Assembly (NCBI GenBank): GCA_009705865.1
Contig: WLSJ01000001.1
Location: 1-46,572 of the forward strand
Direction of reading: 5' to 3'
Length of the DNA: 46,572 nucleotides
Source of the DNA: Actinomycetota bacterium
GTDB taxonomy: Bacteria > Actinomycetota > Acidimicrobiia > Acidimicrobiales > Ilumatobacteraceae
Positions 28,149 through 36,831 of this stretch are shown here, one piece after another (positions within the stretch are counted from its first letter, which is position 1; each line of letters starts with the position of its first letter). The notes beneath the pieces were generated by a model that was not told the origin of the DNA, made no database searches, and saw only the letters and a program-made list of their open reading frames with translations. The position numbers and the translations under genes were made by a program.

Positions 28149-28547
28149 CTAGGACGCAGCGACCAAGCTGATTTCAATCAGCCATTCCGCGCGAGCCAAG
28201 GCCGGAACTGTCACAAGGGTGCTTGCCGCCCTGTGGTCTGCCATCACTTCATCGCGTACGGCCATAACAGAGGCGAGATCGGGGTTCAGCGTGTCTCGAG
28301 CCACCACATATGTAGTGATGCTCACGATGTTTGTGACGCCCATTTGGGAGGCACGCAGGATTTCTAGCAAGTTGGCCCACACCACACGCGTTTGACCCTC
28401 AAGAGAGGGCGGAACGGTGCCATCAGGCATAGTGGGCACAACGCCCGATGTGAAGACCATCGACTGGGCTCCATCTACCTTCACGGCGTGTGCGTACTTG
28501 GCGGCCGGGGCTCCCATGTGTTCTGGCTGAATCTGGCTTATTCCCAT
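28149..28547 (-). CDS. RidA / YjgF / endoribonuclease L-PSP family protein
   Basis: 132 aa from ATG 28547: ...APAAKYAHAVKVDGAQSMVFTSGVVP...ITTYV...ASTLVTVPALARAEWLIEI. The longer N-terminal extension in the ORF track overlaps the divergent aldolase gene. Confidence 0.8.
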   Translation of the reverse strand: MGISQIQPEHMGAPAAKYAHAVKVDGAQSMVFTSGVVPTMPDGTVPPSLEGQTRVVWANLLEILRASQMGVTNIVSITTYVVARDTLNPDLASVMAVRDEVMADHRAASTLVTVPALARAEWLIEISLVAAS

Positions 28548-28557
28548 ACCAACCATT

Positions 28558-29409
28558 GTGGCGTATTGTGAGGCCATGACCATCACACCAGATGCCCCCG
28601 TAGAGACCCGCATGATCGACGGTATTCCGTTGACCCCAAAGCAGGTCACCATTCTTGGCCAAGAAGCTCTTGCCCCGGCAGCCAACGTTGCCGAAGAGCG
28701 TCTTCGTCGCAAGCAAAAACTTGCCGGCGCACTGCGTATTTTTGGACGACTCGGATTCGGTGAAGGCGTTGCCGGCCACATCACAGTACGTGACCCAGAA
28801 TTTCCTGATCACTTCTGGGTCAACCCACTTGGCTTGTCATTTCGTCACATGCGAGTGTCAGATCTCATCTTGGTGAACCATCACGGTGAAGTTGTGTACG
28901 GCAAGTACGCAGTCAACCGCGCTGCATATGTTCTGCACGCCGCTGTTCACACTGCTCGCCCCGATGTCATCGCAGCAGCACACGCGCACTCGGTCTACGG
29001 AAAAGCATTCAGCTCACTTGGTATCCAACTTGACGCATTAACTCAAGACTCGTGTGCCTTCTACGAAAACAATGTTGTTATTTCTGAACATGGTGGCGCA
29101 GTCGTATTCGAAGAATCAGCTGGTCGTGACTTTGCTGAAGCCTTCGGTAACAACCGCGCGGCAATCCACCAAAACCACGGTCACTTCACCGTTGGTGCCA
29201 GTGTCGATGAAGCAGTGTTCTGGTTTGTATGTTTCGAGCGTTGCGCACAAGCACAACTTGCAGCCATGGCTGCTGGCACTCCAAAACACATTCCCCATGA
29301 TTCAGCTGTGTACACACGCGAACAGGCTGGCAACGCCATGACAGGTTGGGCGCACTTCCAGCCTCTCTGGCAAGAAATTTGCCGTACAGACCCTGACCTG
29401 TTCGATTAA
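28558..29409 (+). CDS. class II aldolase / adducin-domain protein
   Basis: It has the patterns LRIFGRLGFGEGVAGHITVRD and HAAVHTARPDVIAAAHAHS. The start is either GTG 28558 or ATG 28576. Confidence 0.8.
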   Translation: MAYCEAMTITPDAPVETRMIDGIPLTPKQVTILGQEALAPAANVAEERLRRKQKLAGALRIFGRLGFGEGVAGHITVRDPEFPDHFWVNPLGLSFRHMRVSDLILVNHHGEVVYGKYAVNRAAYVLHAAVHTARPDVIAAAHAHSVYGKAFSSLGIQLDALTQDSCAFYENNVVISEHGGAVVFEESAGRDFAEAFGNNRAAIHQNHGHFTVGASVDEAVFWFVCFERCAQAQLAAMAAGTPKHIPHDSAVYTREQAGNAMTGWAHFQPLWQEICRTDPDLFD

Positions 29410-29424
29410 CTAGCGAAATTTTCA

Positions 29425-30321
29425 GTGGCCTCCAATGAGAGGTTGCGAGCTGATCGTATTTTTGACGCCGCACCTCCCGAACTCTTTTTCATACTCTCTG
29501 CAGTAGCGCAATACACCGGCGCAATCGTTGCTGTTCGTCTTTTCGACGATATTTCCCCTGCCACTGTTGCGTGGTTGCGAGTACTGAGTGCTGCATTTAT
29601 CTTGCTTGCCTTTTCGGCGCGTTCATCACACGCACGATGGAGTCGTCGAGACCTGTATTGGGTGGCAGCATTTGGTGCGTCAACTGCATTGATGAATATG
29701 TTCTTCTATTTAGCAATAGACCGGCTTCCGCTTGGCAAGGGAGTCACCATTGAATTCATAGGCCCAATAACTGTTGCCGCATTACGAACACGATCTGCAC
29801 GAAATACTGTTGCTTTGCTATGTGCCGCAGTCGGCGTTGTTGTTTTGGGCGGCGTTGAACTGGGCAATGAACCATTAGGACTTGTGTTTATTTTGTTGGC
29901 ATCAGTCATGTGGGCCGGATACATCGTGATGGGTTCGCGCGTTGCTCTTGCTGATCGAGGAGTGTCAGGCCTAGGGCTTGGCCTTCTCTTTGGTGGAATC
30001 CTTATTACACCGTTTGCTGCAGGAGATGCAGTACCAGCCTTCTCTAGTGGAAAAATCTTGTTCGGATGCATTTTGGTTGGCCTGTTATCAAATGCAATCG
30101 GATACGGCATCGACCAATCAACACTGCGTCGAATTCCCATACGTCGTTTCTCGGTCATGTTGGCGTTACTTCCCGTGTGCGCGGCCATCTTTGGATTTGC
30201 GTTTCTTGACCAATCTCCAAGCCTTCTTGACCTTGTTGGTATGACATTTGTTTTGGTGGGTGTTGCAGTACAAGAAAGAGACGAGACAGACCGCCACCAT
30301 GAGGTGGTCGAGACCACCTAG
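29425..30321 (+). CDS. EamA/RhtA-type drug/metabolite transporter (DMT superfamily)
   Basis: It has about 10 hydrophobic helices and two EamA-like halves. GTG start. Confidence 0.8.
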   Translation: MASNERLRADRIFDAAPPELFFILSAVAQYTGAIVAVRLFDDISPATVAWLRVLSAAFILLAFSARSSHARWSRRDLYWVAAFGASTALMNMFFYLAIDRLPLGKGVTIEFIGPITVAALRTRSARNTVALLCAAVGVVVLGGVELGNEPLGLVFILLASVMWAGYIVMGSRVALADRGVSGLGLGLLFGGILITPFAAGDAVPAFSSGKILFGCILVGLLSNAIGYGIDQSTLRRIPIRRFSVMLALLPVCAAIFGFAFLDQSPSLLDLVGMTFVLVGVAVQERDETDRHHEVVETT

Positions 30322-30332
30322 CGTGGAGGCTT

Positions 30333-32732
30333 ATGGTTTCCTTCCCACGAATCTCTCGCCGATTCGTTGCGTGTCTCTGCGCATTCGCAGTACTCGCCCC
30401 GTTGGTTTCTCACAACACCACGATGTCAGCTGATGCAGACACACTTCCCCCACTCGGAGTAATTGTGCGCGGCCATGGCAATGGACATGGCCGTGGTATG
30501 AGCCAATACGGAGCACTTGGCTGGGCAACAAAACTGGGCGCCACGTGGCAAGACATTTTGAATTTCTATTACGGCGGCAGTGGTCGCACAATCGCAACGC
30601 TGACCGAGGCTGAGGTAGCTACTCCGACAATCGGAACAATGAGTGTTCGCTTAGAAACTCTGGATGCAAATGTCACCTCGGTTATTTCAGACAACGGGAC
30701 TGCAACATGGGCTGGTGCCGCAGGTTCATTCGCTGGACTCGTTGCGCGCATGGTCTCAAAAAATGTGTTCAACGTGTACGGATCCGCCCAAGCTTCGTGT
30801 GCTGTCGGAACGACTAATCCAAATGGGTTTGCGCTGATTGGCCAAAATGTGACCGGACCAATTGATTTTGTTTCCACAAACAGTTCGCTGCCCACATCCG
30901 TAGCACCAACTGACCTCTTGGGAGTCTGTGAGCCTCCTACCTCGGCCTACAAAACCGGTCGCGTTCGGTATTACCGGGGCGCAATTCGAGCGACTACAGA
31001 CAGCAGCGGAAATCGCCGAACAGTGAACCTTGTACCTACAGAGCTGTACTTACGGGGCGTTGTTCCACGTGAGTCTCCTGCTGGGTGGGGCGATATTGCT
31101 GGCGGCCTGGGTATGAACGCACTTCGCGCTCAGGCAGTTGCAGCACGAAGTTATTCACTGTCTGAAAAACGAGCATCGTTTGCAAAGACGTGCGATTCAC
31201 AGAATTGCCAGGTCTACGGAGGTGCTGCACTGCGCAATGTCGGATCAACGTCAGTGAGCATCCTTGAAGACGCACGCACAAACCTCGCCATTAGTGACAC
31301 AACAAATGTTGTCATCAAAGATTCGAACAACACCTTTGTTCGAACTGAATTCACATCGTCAAATGGTGGACGTACTGCAAGTGGGCAATTTGTAGCTCAA
31401 GTAGACAACGGAGACCTGATTGCCGACCCAGTTCTCCAATCGTGGTCGAAACTGTTGTCAGCATCTGACATACAAAAGAAGTTCCCCTCAATTGGCGTAT
31501 TCACTTCTATCACCACCACACATGATGGTTTAGGTGGAGACTGGAACGGGTACACAACGTCGGTAGTGATTGCTGGAACAGCTGGTTCAGTGACTCGCAC
31601 CGGATGGGAATTTCGTGGTGATTTCTCTCTCAATGCACCGTGGTACGAAACATTTCCCATTGCTGCAGCGGACCCAGCAGCCCCTCCCGTAGGTTCAATT
31701 TTGTTCATCGGAGATTCGGTGGCAGAAAGCATCGCTTCAAAATTTGCATCCATCGTGACGCCCGCGTATCCCGCAATGAACTACCAGGCATGTGCCGGGC
31801 GAGGCATGGCCGGGGCTGACTGCTTGTTTACCGTTGCTGCACCCCAAGTAGACCTTGACGGTGTGGGCATCATTAATGCACTGGAGACTCCCGCGATTGC
31901 CATCGTGGAACTTGGCTACAACGATGACCCCAATGCATTTGCTGCCGAATTGCAACAAGCATTATCGGCATTGGCAACCAAAGCTGTTCAACGAGTCATC
32001 TTTGTCACCATGTCAACGCGCTCAACGTCGCGTAATTACGCCATTGCGAATGCTGCACTGCTCACAGCTGCAGCGGCCAACCCTGCCATCAGTATTTTCG
32101 ACTGGAATACAGCCAGTTCGGCACCTAACCAATGGAGATGGTTTGACAACACATCATTGTGTTGTTGGGTTCATCTCTCTACAACTGGCCAAGCCGAATT
32201 CGCTCTTTTCCTTCGAGAGCAACTCGATGCATTGCGCGCTCAGGGGTTATTGCCCACAACAGCGATCGCAGCTCCAGTCATTCCTGGTCTTCCACTAATG
32301 AAGAAAAATACAGGCGCGATGGTCGCTACCTTGCAGAAGAAGATGAACTCCCTCTTGAAGTTAAAAGGGAAAAAACGTCTCGCGACTGATGGCAATTTTG
32401 GTACTGCAACCGCCAAGGCCGTTAAGGCATACCAACTTCAAGCAAGCCTTCCTGTCACAGGCAAGGTTGACCGAGCGATGTGGGACGCGATGGGATTATC
32501 GACACGACCAGAGTTATCTGTGTTAACTCTCGGAACCAAACACCCATCTGTCATCTCTGTACAACGCGCTTTGTCTAAAGTCTTAAAGAAGAAAATTACA
32601 GGCACCGGCCAGTTTTCATCAAGCCTTGTGCGCGAGGTAAAAACCTTCCAGCGACGAATGAAGATCCCAGCGACTGGAAAAGTTGATGTTGCGACATGGA
32701 CATCTCTGATGGCCACTTCGACACTTGCTTAA
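30333..32732 (+). CDS. secreted SpoIID/LytB-domain protein fused to an SGNH hydrolase and two peptidoglycan-binding domains
   Basis: GGAGG lies at 30325-30329, followed by a signal peptide. The SpoIID signature is GHGNGHGRGMSQYGALGWA. SGNH blocks are LFIGDSVAES and ELGYNDD. Two PG_binding_1-like repeats are present (TDGNFGTATAKAVKAYQLQASLPVTGKVDRAMWDAM and GTGQFSSSLVREVKTFQRRMKIPATGKVDVATWTSL). Confidence 0.85.
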   Translation: MVSFPRISRRFVACLCAFAVLAPLVSHNTTMSADADTLPPLGVIVRGHGNGHGRGMSQYGALGWATKLGATWQDILNFYYGGSGRTIATLTEAEVATPTIGTMSVRLETLDANVTSVISDNGTATWAGAAGSFAGLVARMVSKNVFNVYGSAQASCAVGTTNPNGFALIGQNVTGPIDFVSTNSSLPTSVAPTDLLGVCEPPTSAYKTGRVRYYRGAIRATTDSSGNRRTVNLVPTELYLRGVVPRESPAGWGDIAGGLGMNALRAQAVAARSYSLSEKRASFAKTCDSQNCQVYGGAALRNVGSTSVSILEDARTNLAISDTTNVVIKDSNNTFVRTEFTSSNGGRTASGQFVAQVDNGDLIADPVLQSWSKLLSASDIQKKFPSIGVFTSITTTHDGLGGDWNGYTTSVVIAGTAGSVTRTGWEFRGDFSLNAPWYETFPIAAADPAAPPVGSILFIGDSVAESIASKFASIVTPAYPAMNYQACAGRGMAGADCLFTVAAPQVDLDGVGIINALETPAIAIVELGYNDDPNAFAAELQQALSALATKAVQRVIFVTMSTRSTSRNYAIANAALLTAAAANPAISIFDWNTASSAPNQWRWFDNTSLCCWVHLSTTGQAEFALFLREQLDALRAQGLLPTTAIAAPVIPGLPLMKKNTGAMVATLQKKMNSLLKLKGKKRLATDGNFGTATAKAVKAYQLQASLPVTGKVDRAMWDAMGLSTRPELSVLTLGTKHPSVISVQRALSKVLKKKITGTGQFSSSLVREVKTFQRRMKIPATGKVDVATWTSLMATSTLA

Positions 32733-34477
32733 CCTTTGAAGCGCTCTTTCCACGCCTGATCGCTGACAAGTTCTAGATATTGATTGCGGTACGCAGCCTT
32801 GAGGCGCTTATACGTTCTTGCCAACTGAATAGTGCAGCGGAAAACTTCGCGTTGCACCGACAAGAACCTCTTGAAGTCACGTTCACAGACAAAACCTTCA
32901 TCAAATCGAGGATGGCGATACAAAATTCGATCATGGCGAATTGCAAGACCCACAGCGCGAACATCAATTTGCGCAACACCGATCTGTTGTGATCTCAGCG
33001 ATTTCGGAATCCATCGGCCTGCTCCTGTGAGCGGCGACAACAGAAATCCGCCTAGACGAACAATCTTGGCTTTTGGTGCAGTAAAGCCCAAGTTCAGTAA
33101 CTCATCTGGAAGAGGTGCAGCTTTTTCCTCTGTGACATGACGAATCTCTTCATGCTTAGCGGAGTGATCAATTTTCATCCATTCGTCTGGTCCAGCAAGA
33201 AAATCTTTCATTCCGTGAATCATGTACTCAGCACTGGCGTATCGATGTGAGTATGCGTTGCGGAATCCAAACCCAAGGAATCGCCAGGCCAAGTTATGCC
33301 ACCTGTGATGATCAAAAACCAAAGTGTCAATCAGTGCAAAGTTACGAATTTCGTAATACAAAGAAGTCGGATTGTTCTTCAGTGCAAAATCTGCATGCCA
33401 CACCACGATGCCGTTAAGCGTGACGGTGTGTTGCCCCGTATGCAAGAGACCAAAAGCCACATCATCTCCACGGACAAAAACTGGTAACGGGTTTTGAGTT
33501 CCGAGATGCATGGGGAATGCAGTAAACCACCAAGCTGAATAATCAATTGGTTGTTCCAACTGATCTCGAACTACCTCTGATCGACTGCGCAGGTCAATGT
33601 CGCGACCGATTGCTCGCAACGGATACACCGCTTTGAATTCATATGAAGAACCCGCTTCGAACTGCATCCACGGCTGTTCTTCACTCAACATTGCTCCATG
33701 AATACAGAGATCGGGTGACGTCGAATATGACAACAACGAAATTGTGCGGACTATTGATTCTGGCTCGAGTGAAATGTCATCATCCATGAACACCACGTGG
33801 GTGCTCCAGCCTTGATCGCGATACTCAATGAGTCCTCGCGCAAACCCTCCTGCTCCCCCAAGGTTTGGATTTTTCAGCACCCGCAACGGAGCTGTGGCGG
33901 GTACTTGTGGTTCGAGATTTCGAGCGTTGTCCACCACGAGAATCTGTAGATGGCCATGGACTGATGGCTCTGACGCTTCCAACTCAACCAGGCGGTCAAT
34001 CGTCTTCAAGACGTACTCTTGCCGATTAAAGGTCGTAATAGATACCCCTAATCGAACTTCTCGTTCCGGGTTCGTTGTAGTTGTCCAACTGCCAGACCGA
34101 ATAACCACTCCATCTTCAAGCGCAGTGACCGCAACATAGAAAGATTCAGCAGCAATCGCCCGCAGGTCTCTGCAATGCAATGTGGTTTCCTCTTCGGAGG
34201 AATCAATCACCGTGTCATTGCCATTTGAAAATGCGACGAGTTCGACTAGGCAACGACCCGAGATATCCATGGTCACGCCCAGGTCAGCTATCTGCGTCAA
34301 CCGGCACCAGCGACCGGACGAGAATATTCCGAATGCGGTGTCAAATGTTGCTCGTCCGCCAGACGAAAGACACAACCCAGACTCTGTAAGTTCACCATGT
34401 TGATGCCTGACGTACAGGCTCGGTTCAGAAAAGCTCGGCGCTGGAATATTGATTCGAGCGAGGGGGTGCGCGGTCAC
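32729..34477 (-). CDS. glfT2: GT2 galactofuranosyltransferase, GlfT2-like
   Basis: It is collinear with mycobacterial GlfT2 as I recall it: ITTFNRQEYV, NPNLGGAGGFARG, VVFMDDDISLEPES, DYSAWWFTAFP, PLPVFVRGDDVAFGL and TVTLNGIVVWHADF. It lies 10 nt downstream of glf. GTG start. Confidence 0.8.
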   Translation of the reverse strand: MTAHPLARINIPAPSFSEPSLYVRHQHGELTESGLCLSSGGRATFDTAFGIFSSGRWCRLTQIADLGVTMDISGRCLVELVAFSNGNDTVIDSSEEETTLHCRDLRAIAAESFYVAVTALEDGVVIRSGSWTTTTNPEREVRLGVSITTFNRQEYVLKTIDRLVELEASEPSVHGHLQILVVDNARNLEPQVPATAPLRVLKNPNLGGAGGFARGLIEYRDQGWSTHVVFMDDDISLEPESIVRTISLLSYSTSPDLCIHGAMLSEEQPWMQFEAGSSYEFKAVYPLRAIGRDIDLRSRSEVVRDQLEQPIDYSAWWFTAFPMHLGTQNPLPVFVRGDDVAFGLLHTGQHTVTLNGIVVWHADFALKNNPTSLYYEIRNFALIDTLVFDHHRWHNLAWRFLGFGFRNAYSHRYASAEYMIHGMKDFLAGPDEWMKIDHSAKHEEIRHVTEEKAAPLPDELLNLGFTAPKAKIVRLGGFLLSPLTGAGRWIPKSLRSQQIGVAQIDVRAVGLAIRHDRILYRHPRFDEGFVCERDFKRFLSVQREVFRCTIQLARTYKRLKAAYRNQYLELVSDQAWKERFKG

Positions 34478-34487
34478 CCGTCTAGTT

Positions 34488-35636
34488 TCACAGGGGCTGA
34501 GCCACGAAAGGTGTCATTGGACGCATTTCACGCCGACATGACAGAAATTCGTCTGCCACTTCAAGAGCTTCCTTGATTGTGACATCCATATCGAGGTAGC
34601 GATACGTACCAAGACGACCAAGGAAGGTCACCCCGGTCGCTTCCTGGGCTGCAGAGACATATTTCTCTAGGAGCTCTTTTTCTCGCACCTGGCGAATGGG
34701 GTAATACGGGATATCCCCGTCGCTCGCAAGCCGGCTGTATTCGGTATAGATCGTGCTGCCTTCATGAGATTCCCATGGTGCGAAATGTTTATGTTCTGTA
34801 ATGCGCGTATAGGGCACATCGACATCGCAGTAATTCATGACTGGGCATCCTTGAACGTCGCCCATTGTCTCAGTTTCAACAAAATCAAGAGTTCGATAAC
34901 CAAGATCTCCAAATGCGCCAGAGAAATATTGGTCAATTGGGCCAGACCAAAATATGTGCTCAGCATCTGACAATTCAGCAGGCGTCACCGAGCGCCCGAG
35001 ACTGACCTCGATCAGTGGATGGTCAAGTATTGCTTCCACAATTGGCGTATATCCGTCTCGCGGAATCGCCTGATATGGGTGATTGAAGTAACTGTCTTCG
35101 TAGGAAAACCGAACAGGCAGCCGAGCCAAAATGGCCGCCGGCAATTCAGTGGGAGATACTCCCCATTGCTTCTGGGTGTACCCCTTGAAGAATGCTTCGT
35201 ACAGATCTTTACCAACAAATTTCAACGCTTGGTCTTCAAAACTTTCTGGCGTTCCAATGCTGGAATCAGCACGTTCAGCGATGAACTTTTCTGCTTCTGC
35301 TGGCGACAATGTGGTGCCAAAAAATTGGTTTATTGTGTGCAGGTTAACAGGAAGCGAGTACACCTTCCCACCAGAGGTTGCTTTCACACGATGGTTGTAC
35401 GGCATCATCTCACCAAAACGATTGATGTATTCCCACACACGTGTATCTGCCGTATGGAAAATGTGAGGTCCATACACATGAACCATGACACCGTTGTCTC
35501 GCCGCTCAGTATGAGCATTACCGGCAACGTGGGAACGCGCATCAATCACTGAAGATGCAATGCCTGCTTCTGCTAATTCACGAGCCACGACTGCACCGGA
35601 AAAACCGGCGCCGACGATAACGATGGATGCTGTCAC
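34488..35636 (-). CDS. glf: UDP-galactopyranose mutase
   Basis: It has IVGAGFSGAVVARELAE, VYGPHIFHT and YTQKQWG, and the length (382 aa) is typical. Confidence 0.92.
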   Translation of the reverse strand: MTASIVIVGAGFSGAVVARELAEAGIASSVIDARSHVAGNAHTERRDNGVMVHVYGPHIFHTADTRVWEYINRFGEMMPYNHRVKATSGGKVYSLPVNLHTINQFFGTTLSPAEAEKFIAERADSSIGTPESFEDQALKFVGKDLYEAFFKGYTQKQWGVSPTELPAAILARLPVRFSYEDSYFNHPYQAIPRDGYTPIVEAILDHPLIEVSLGRSVTPAELSDAEHIFWSGPIDQYFSGAFGDLGYRTLDFVETETMGDVQGCPVMNYCDVDVPYTRITEHKHFAPWESHEGSTIYTEYSRLASDGDIPYYPIRQVREKELLEKYVSAAQEATGVTFLGRLGTYRYLDMDVTIKEALEVADEFLSCRREMRPMTPFVAQPL

Positions 35637-35646
35637 CCGTTGAACG

Positions 35647-36813
35647 CTAGTGGCTCAGCCAGGGGGCACAGAGGCCATCGAGGTCACGAACCTCGATGCG
35701 GTCACGATTTTCCCAGGTGACTTGGTTCTGAGGATCAGCACGCAACTTAAAGACATGGAATGACATGTCAGTTGTATCAATCGTAAGAATGCGACCGATG
35801 AGAGCTTCGCCAAGGCCAAGAATGACCTTGATGGTCTCAAGGGCTTGAATGGAGCCAACAATTCCTGGCAGAACTCCGAGCACTCCTGCCTCTGCACATG
35901 ATGGTGCAAACTCAGCCGGAGGTGGTTCAGGAACCATGTCGCGATACGTGGGGCCTTCCAATGGGTGAAAGACAGACACCATTCCTTCAAAACGAAAAAT
36001 GCTTCCGTGCACAACCGGAATTCCTAATTTCACACTGGCATCATTCAGCAGATATCGGCTTGGGAAGTTGTCAGCACCATCAACTACTACGTCATACCCG
36101 CTCATGATGTCCATGATGTTGTCAGCTGCGAGACGAACGTCGTATGTCTTAACCACTACGTCTGGATTCAATTTTTCAATTGTCTGACGAGCAGAATCAA
36201 CTTTGCGTTGACCAATTCGATCCAAGTTGTGCAAGATCTGGCGTTGCAAGTTTGATGCATCGACATCATCCATATCAACAATGCCGATGGTTCCAACGCC
36301 CGCCGCAGCCAGGTATAGCGCCGCCGGCGAACCGAGACCACCAGCGCCAAGCATCAGAACTTTTGCGCCCAATAACTTTGCTTGACCTTCAATACCAACT
36401 TCTGGCAACAACAAATGGCGTTGATACCGATTACGTTGATCGGCTGTCAATGTGACTGGTTGGCGCCATGGGCGGCCTTCGTCTTTCCACTTTCCGAAAC
36501 CACCAGCGACAGAGAGAACATCTGTGTACCCAAGTTCTTGCAGCGTTCGTGCCGCAAACGCACTGCGAACTCCGCCCGCGCAATACACAACAATCGTTTG
36601 GTTGCGATCGAGTGCTTTTGCCTCAATCTGTGCTTCCAAGTGTCCACGAGGAATGTGGACTGCATTGGCAAGAGCTCCCTCGTCATATTCATCTGGCTCG
36701 CGAACATCAAGAATTAGTACATCGCCTGATTCAATACGCGTCTGAGCCGCAGCGGTATCAATTTCTACAATCTGGGATTTGGCGTTGGCCAAAAGGTCAC
36801 GAAAGGTTGCCAT
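35647..36813 (-). CDS. rhodanese-ThiF/MoeB fusion (MoeZ-like adenylyltransferase/sulfurtransferase, rhodanese N-terminal)
   Basis: The N-terminal rhodanese domain has LILDVREPDEYDEG and the active-site loop YCAGGVRS. The E1-like domain follows: RYQRHLLLPEVGIEGQAKLLGAKVLMLGAGGLGSPAALYLAAAGVGTIGIVDMDDVDASNLQRQILH. Confidence 0.85.
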   Translation of the reverse strand: MATFRDLLANAKSQIVEIDTAAAQTRIESGDVLILDVREPDEYDEGALANAVHIPRGHLEAQIEAKALDRNQTIVVYCAGGVRSAFAARTLQELGYTDVLSVAGGFGKWKDEGRPWRQPVTLTADQRNRYQRHLLLPEVGIEGQAKLLGAKVLMLGAGGLGSPAALYLAAAGVGTIGIVDMDDVDASNLQRQILHNLDRIGQRKVDSARQTIEKLNPDVVVKTYDVRLAADNIMDIMSGYDVVVDGADNFPSRYLLNDASVKLGIPVVHGSIFRFEGMVSVFHPLEGPTYRDMVPEPPPAEFAPSCAEAGVLGVLPGIVGSIQALETIKVILGLGEALIGRILTIDTTDMSFHVFKLRADPQNQVTWENRDRIEVRDLDGLCAPWLSH

Positions 36814-36831
36814 AACCCAAAACCCTACCGA

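Noticed and set aside
28115-28153. Two small hairpins between ridA and the mutase gene, considered as a terminator or attenuator: GCCAC-N8-GTGGC at 28115-28132, and CCTAGA-GATT-TCTAGG at 28138-28153.
   Set aside because: The stems are short (5-6 bp) and no U-tract follows on the transcribed (minus) strand. The second hairpin overlaps the ridA stop codon. They could be weak RNA structure, but a call cannot be supported without folding energies or transcript data.
28548-28812. Long N-terminal extension of the RidA ORF, and the overlapping 129-aa minus ORF 28423..28812.
   Set aside because: Both overlap the well-supported class II aldolase gene on the other strand. RidA-family proteins are about 125-135 aa, which matches a start at ATG 28547.
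29706-30317. Long antisense or out-of-frame ORFs. Examples are 29706..30317(-), 22102..22590(+), 35019..35552(+), 9817..10386(+), 12289..12849(+), 148..570(-), 5272..5649(-) and 3061..3531(+).
   Set aside because: Each lies entirely within or across a gene with strong motif support on the other strand or in another frame. Their compositions are skewed (Arg/Ser/Pro/Cys/His-rich) and carry no recognisable motif. I treat them as shadow ORFs.
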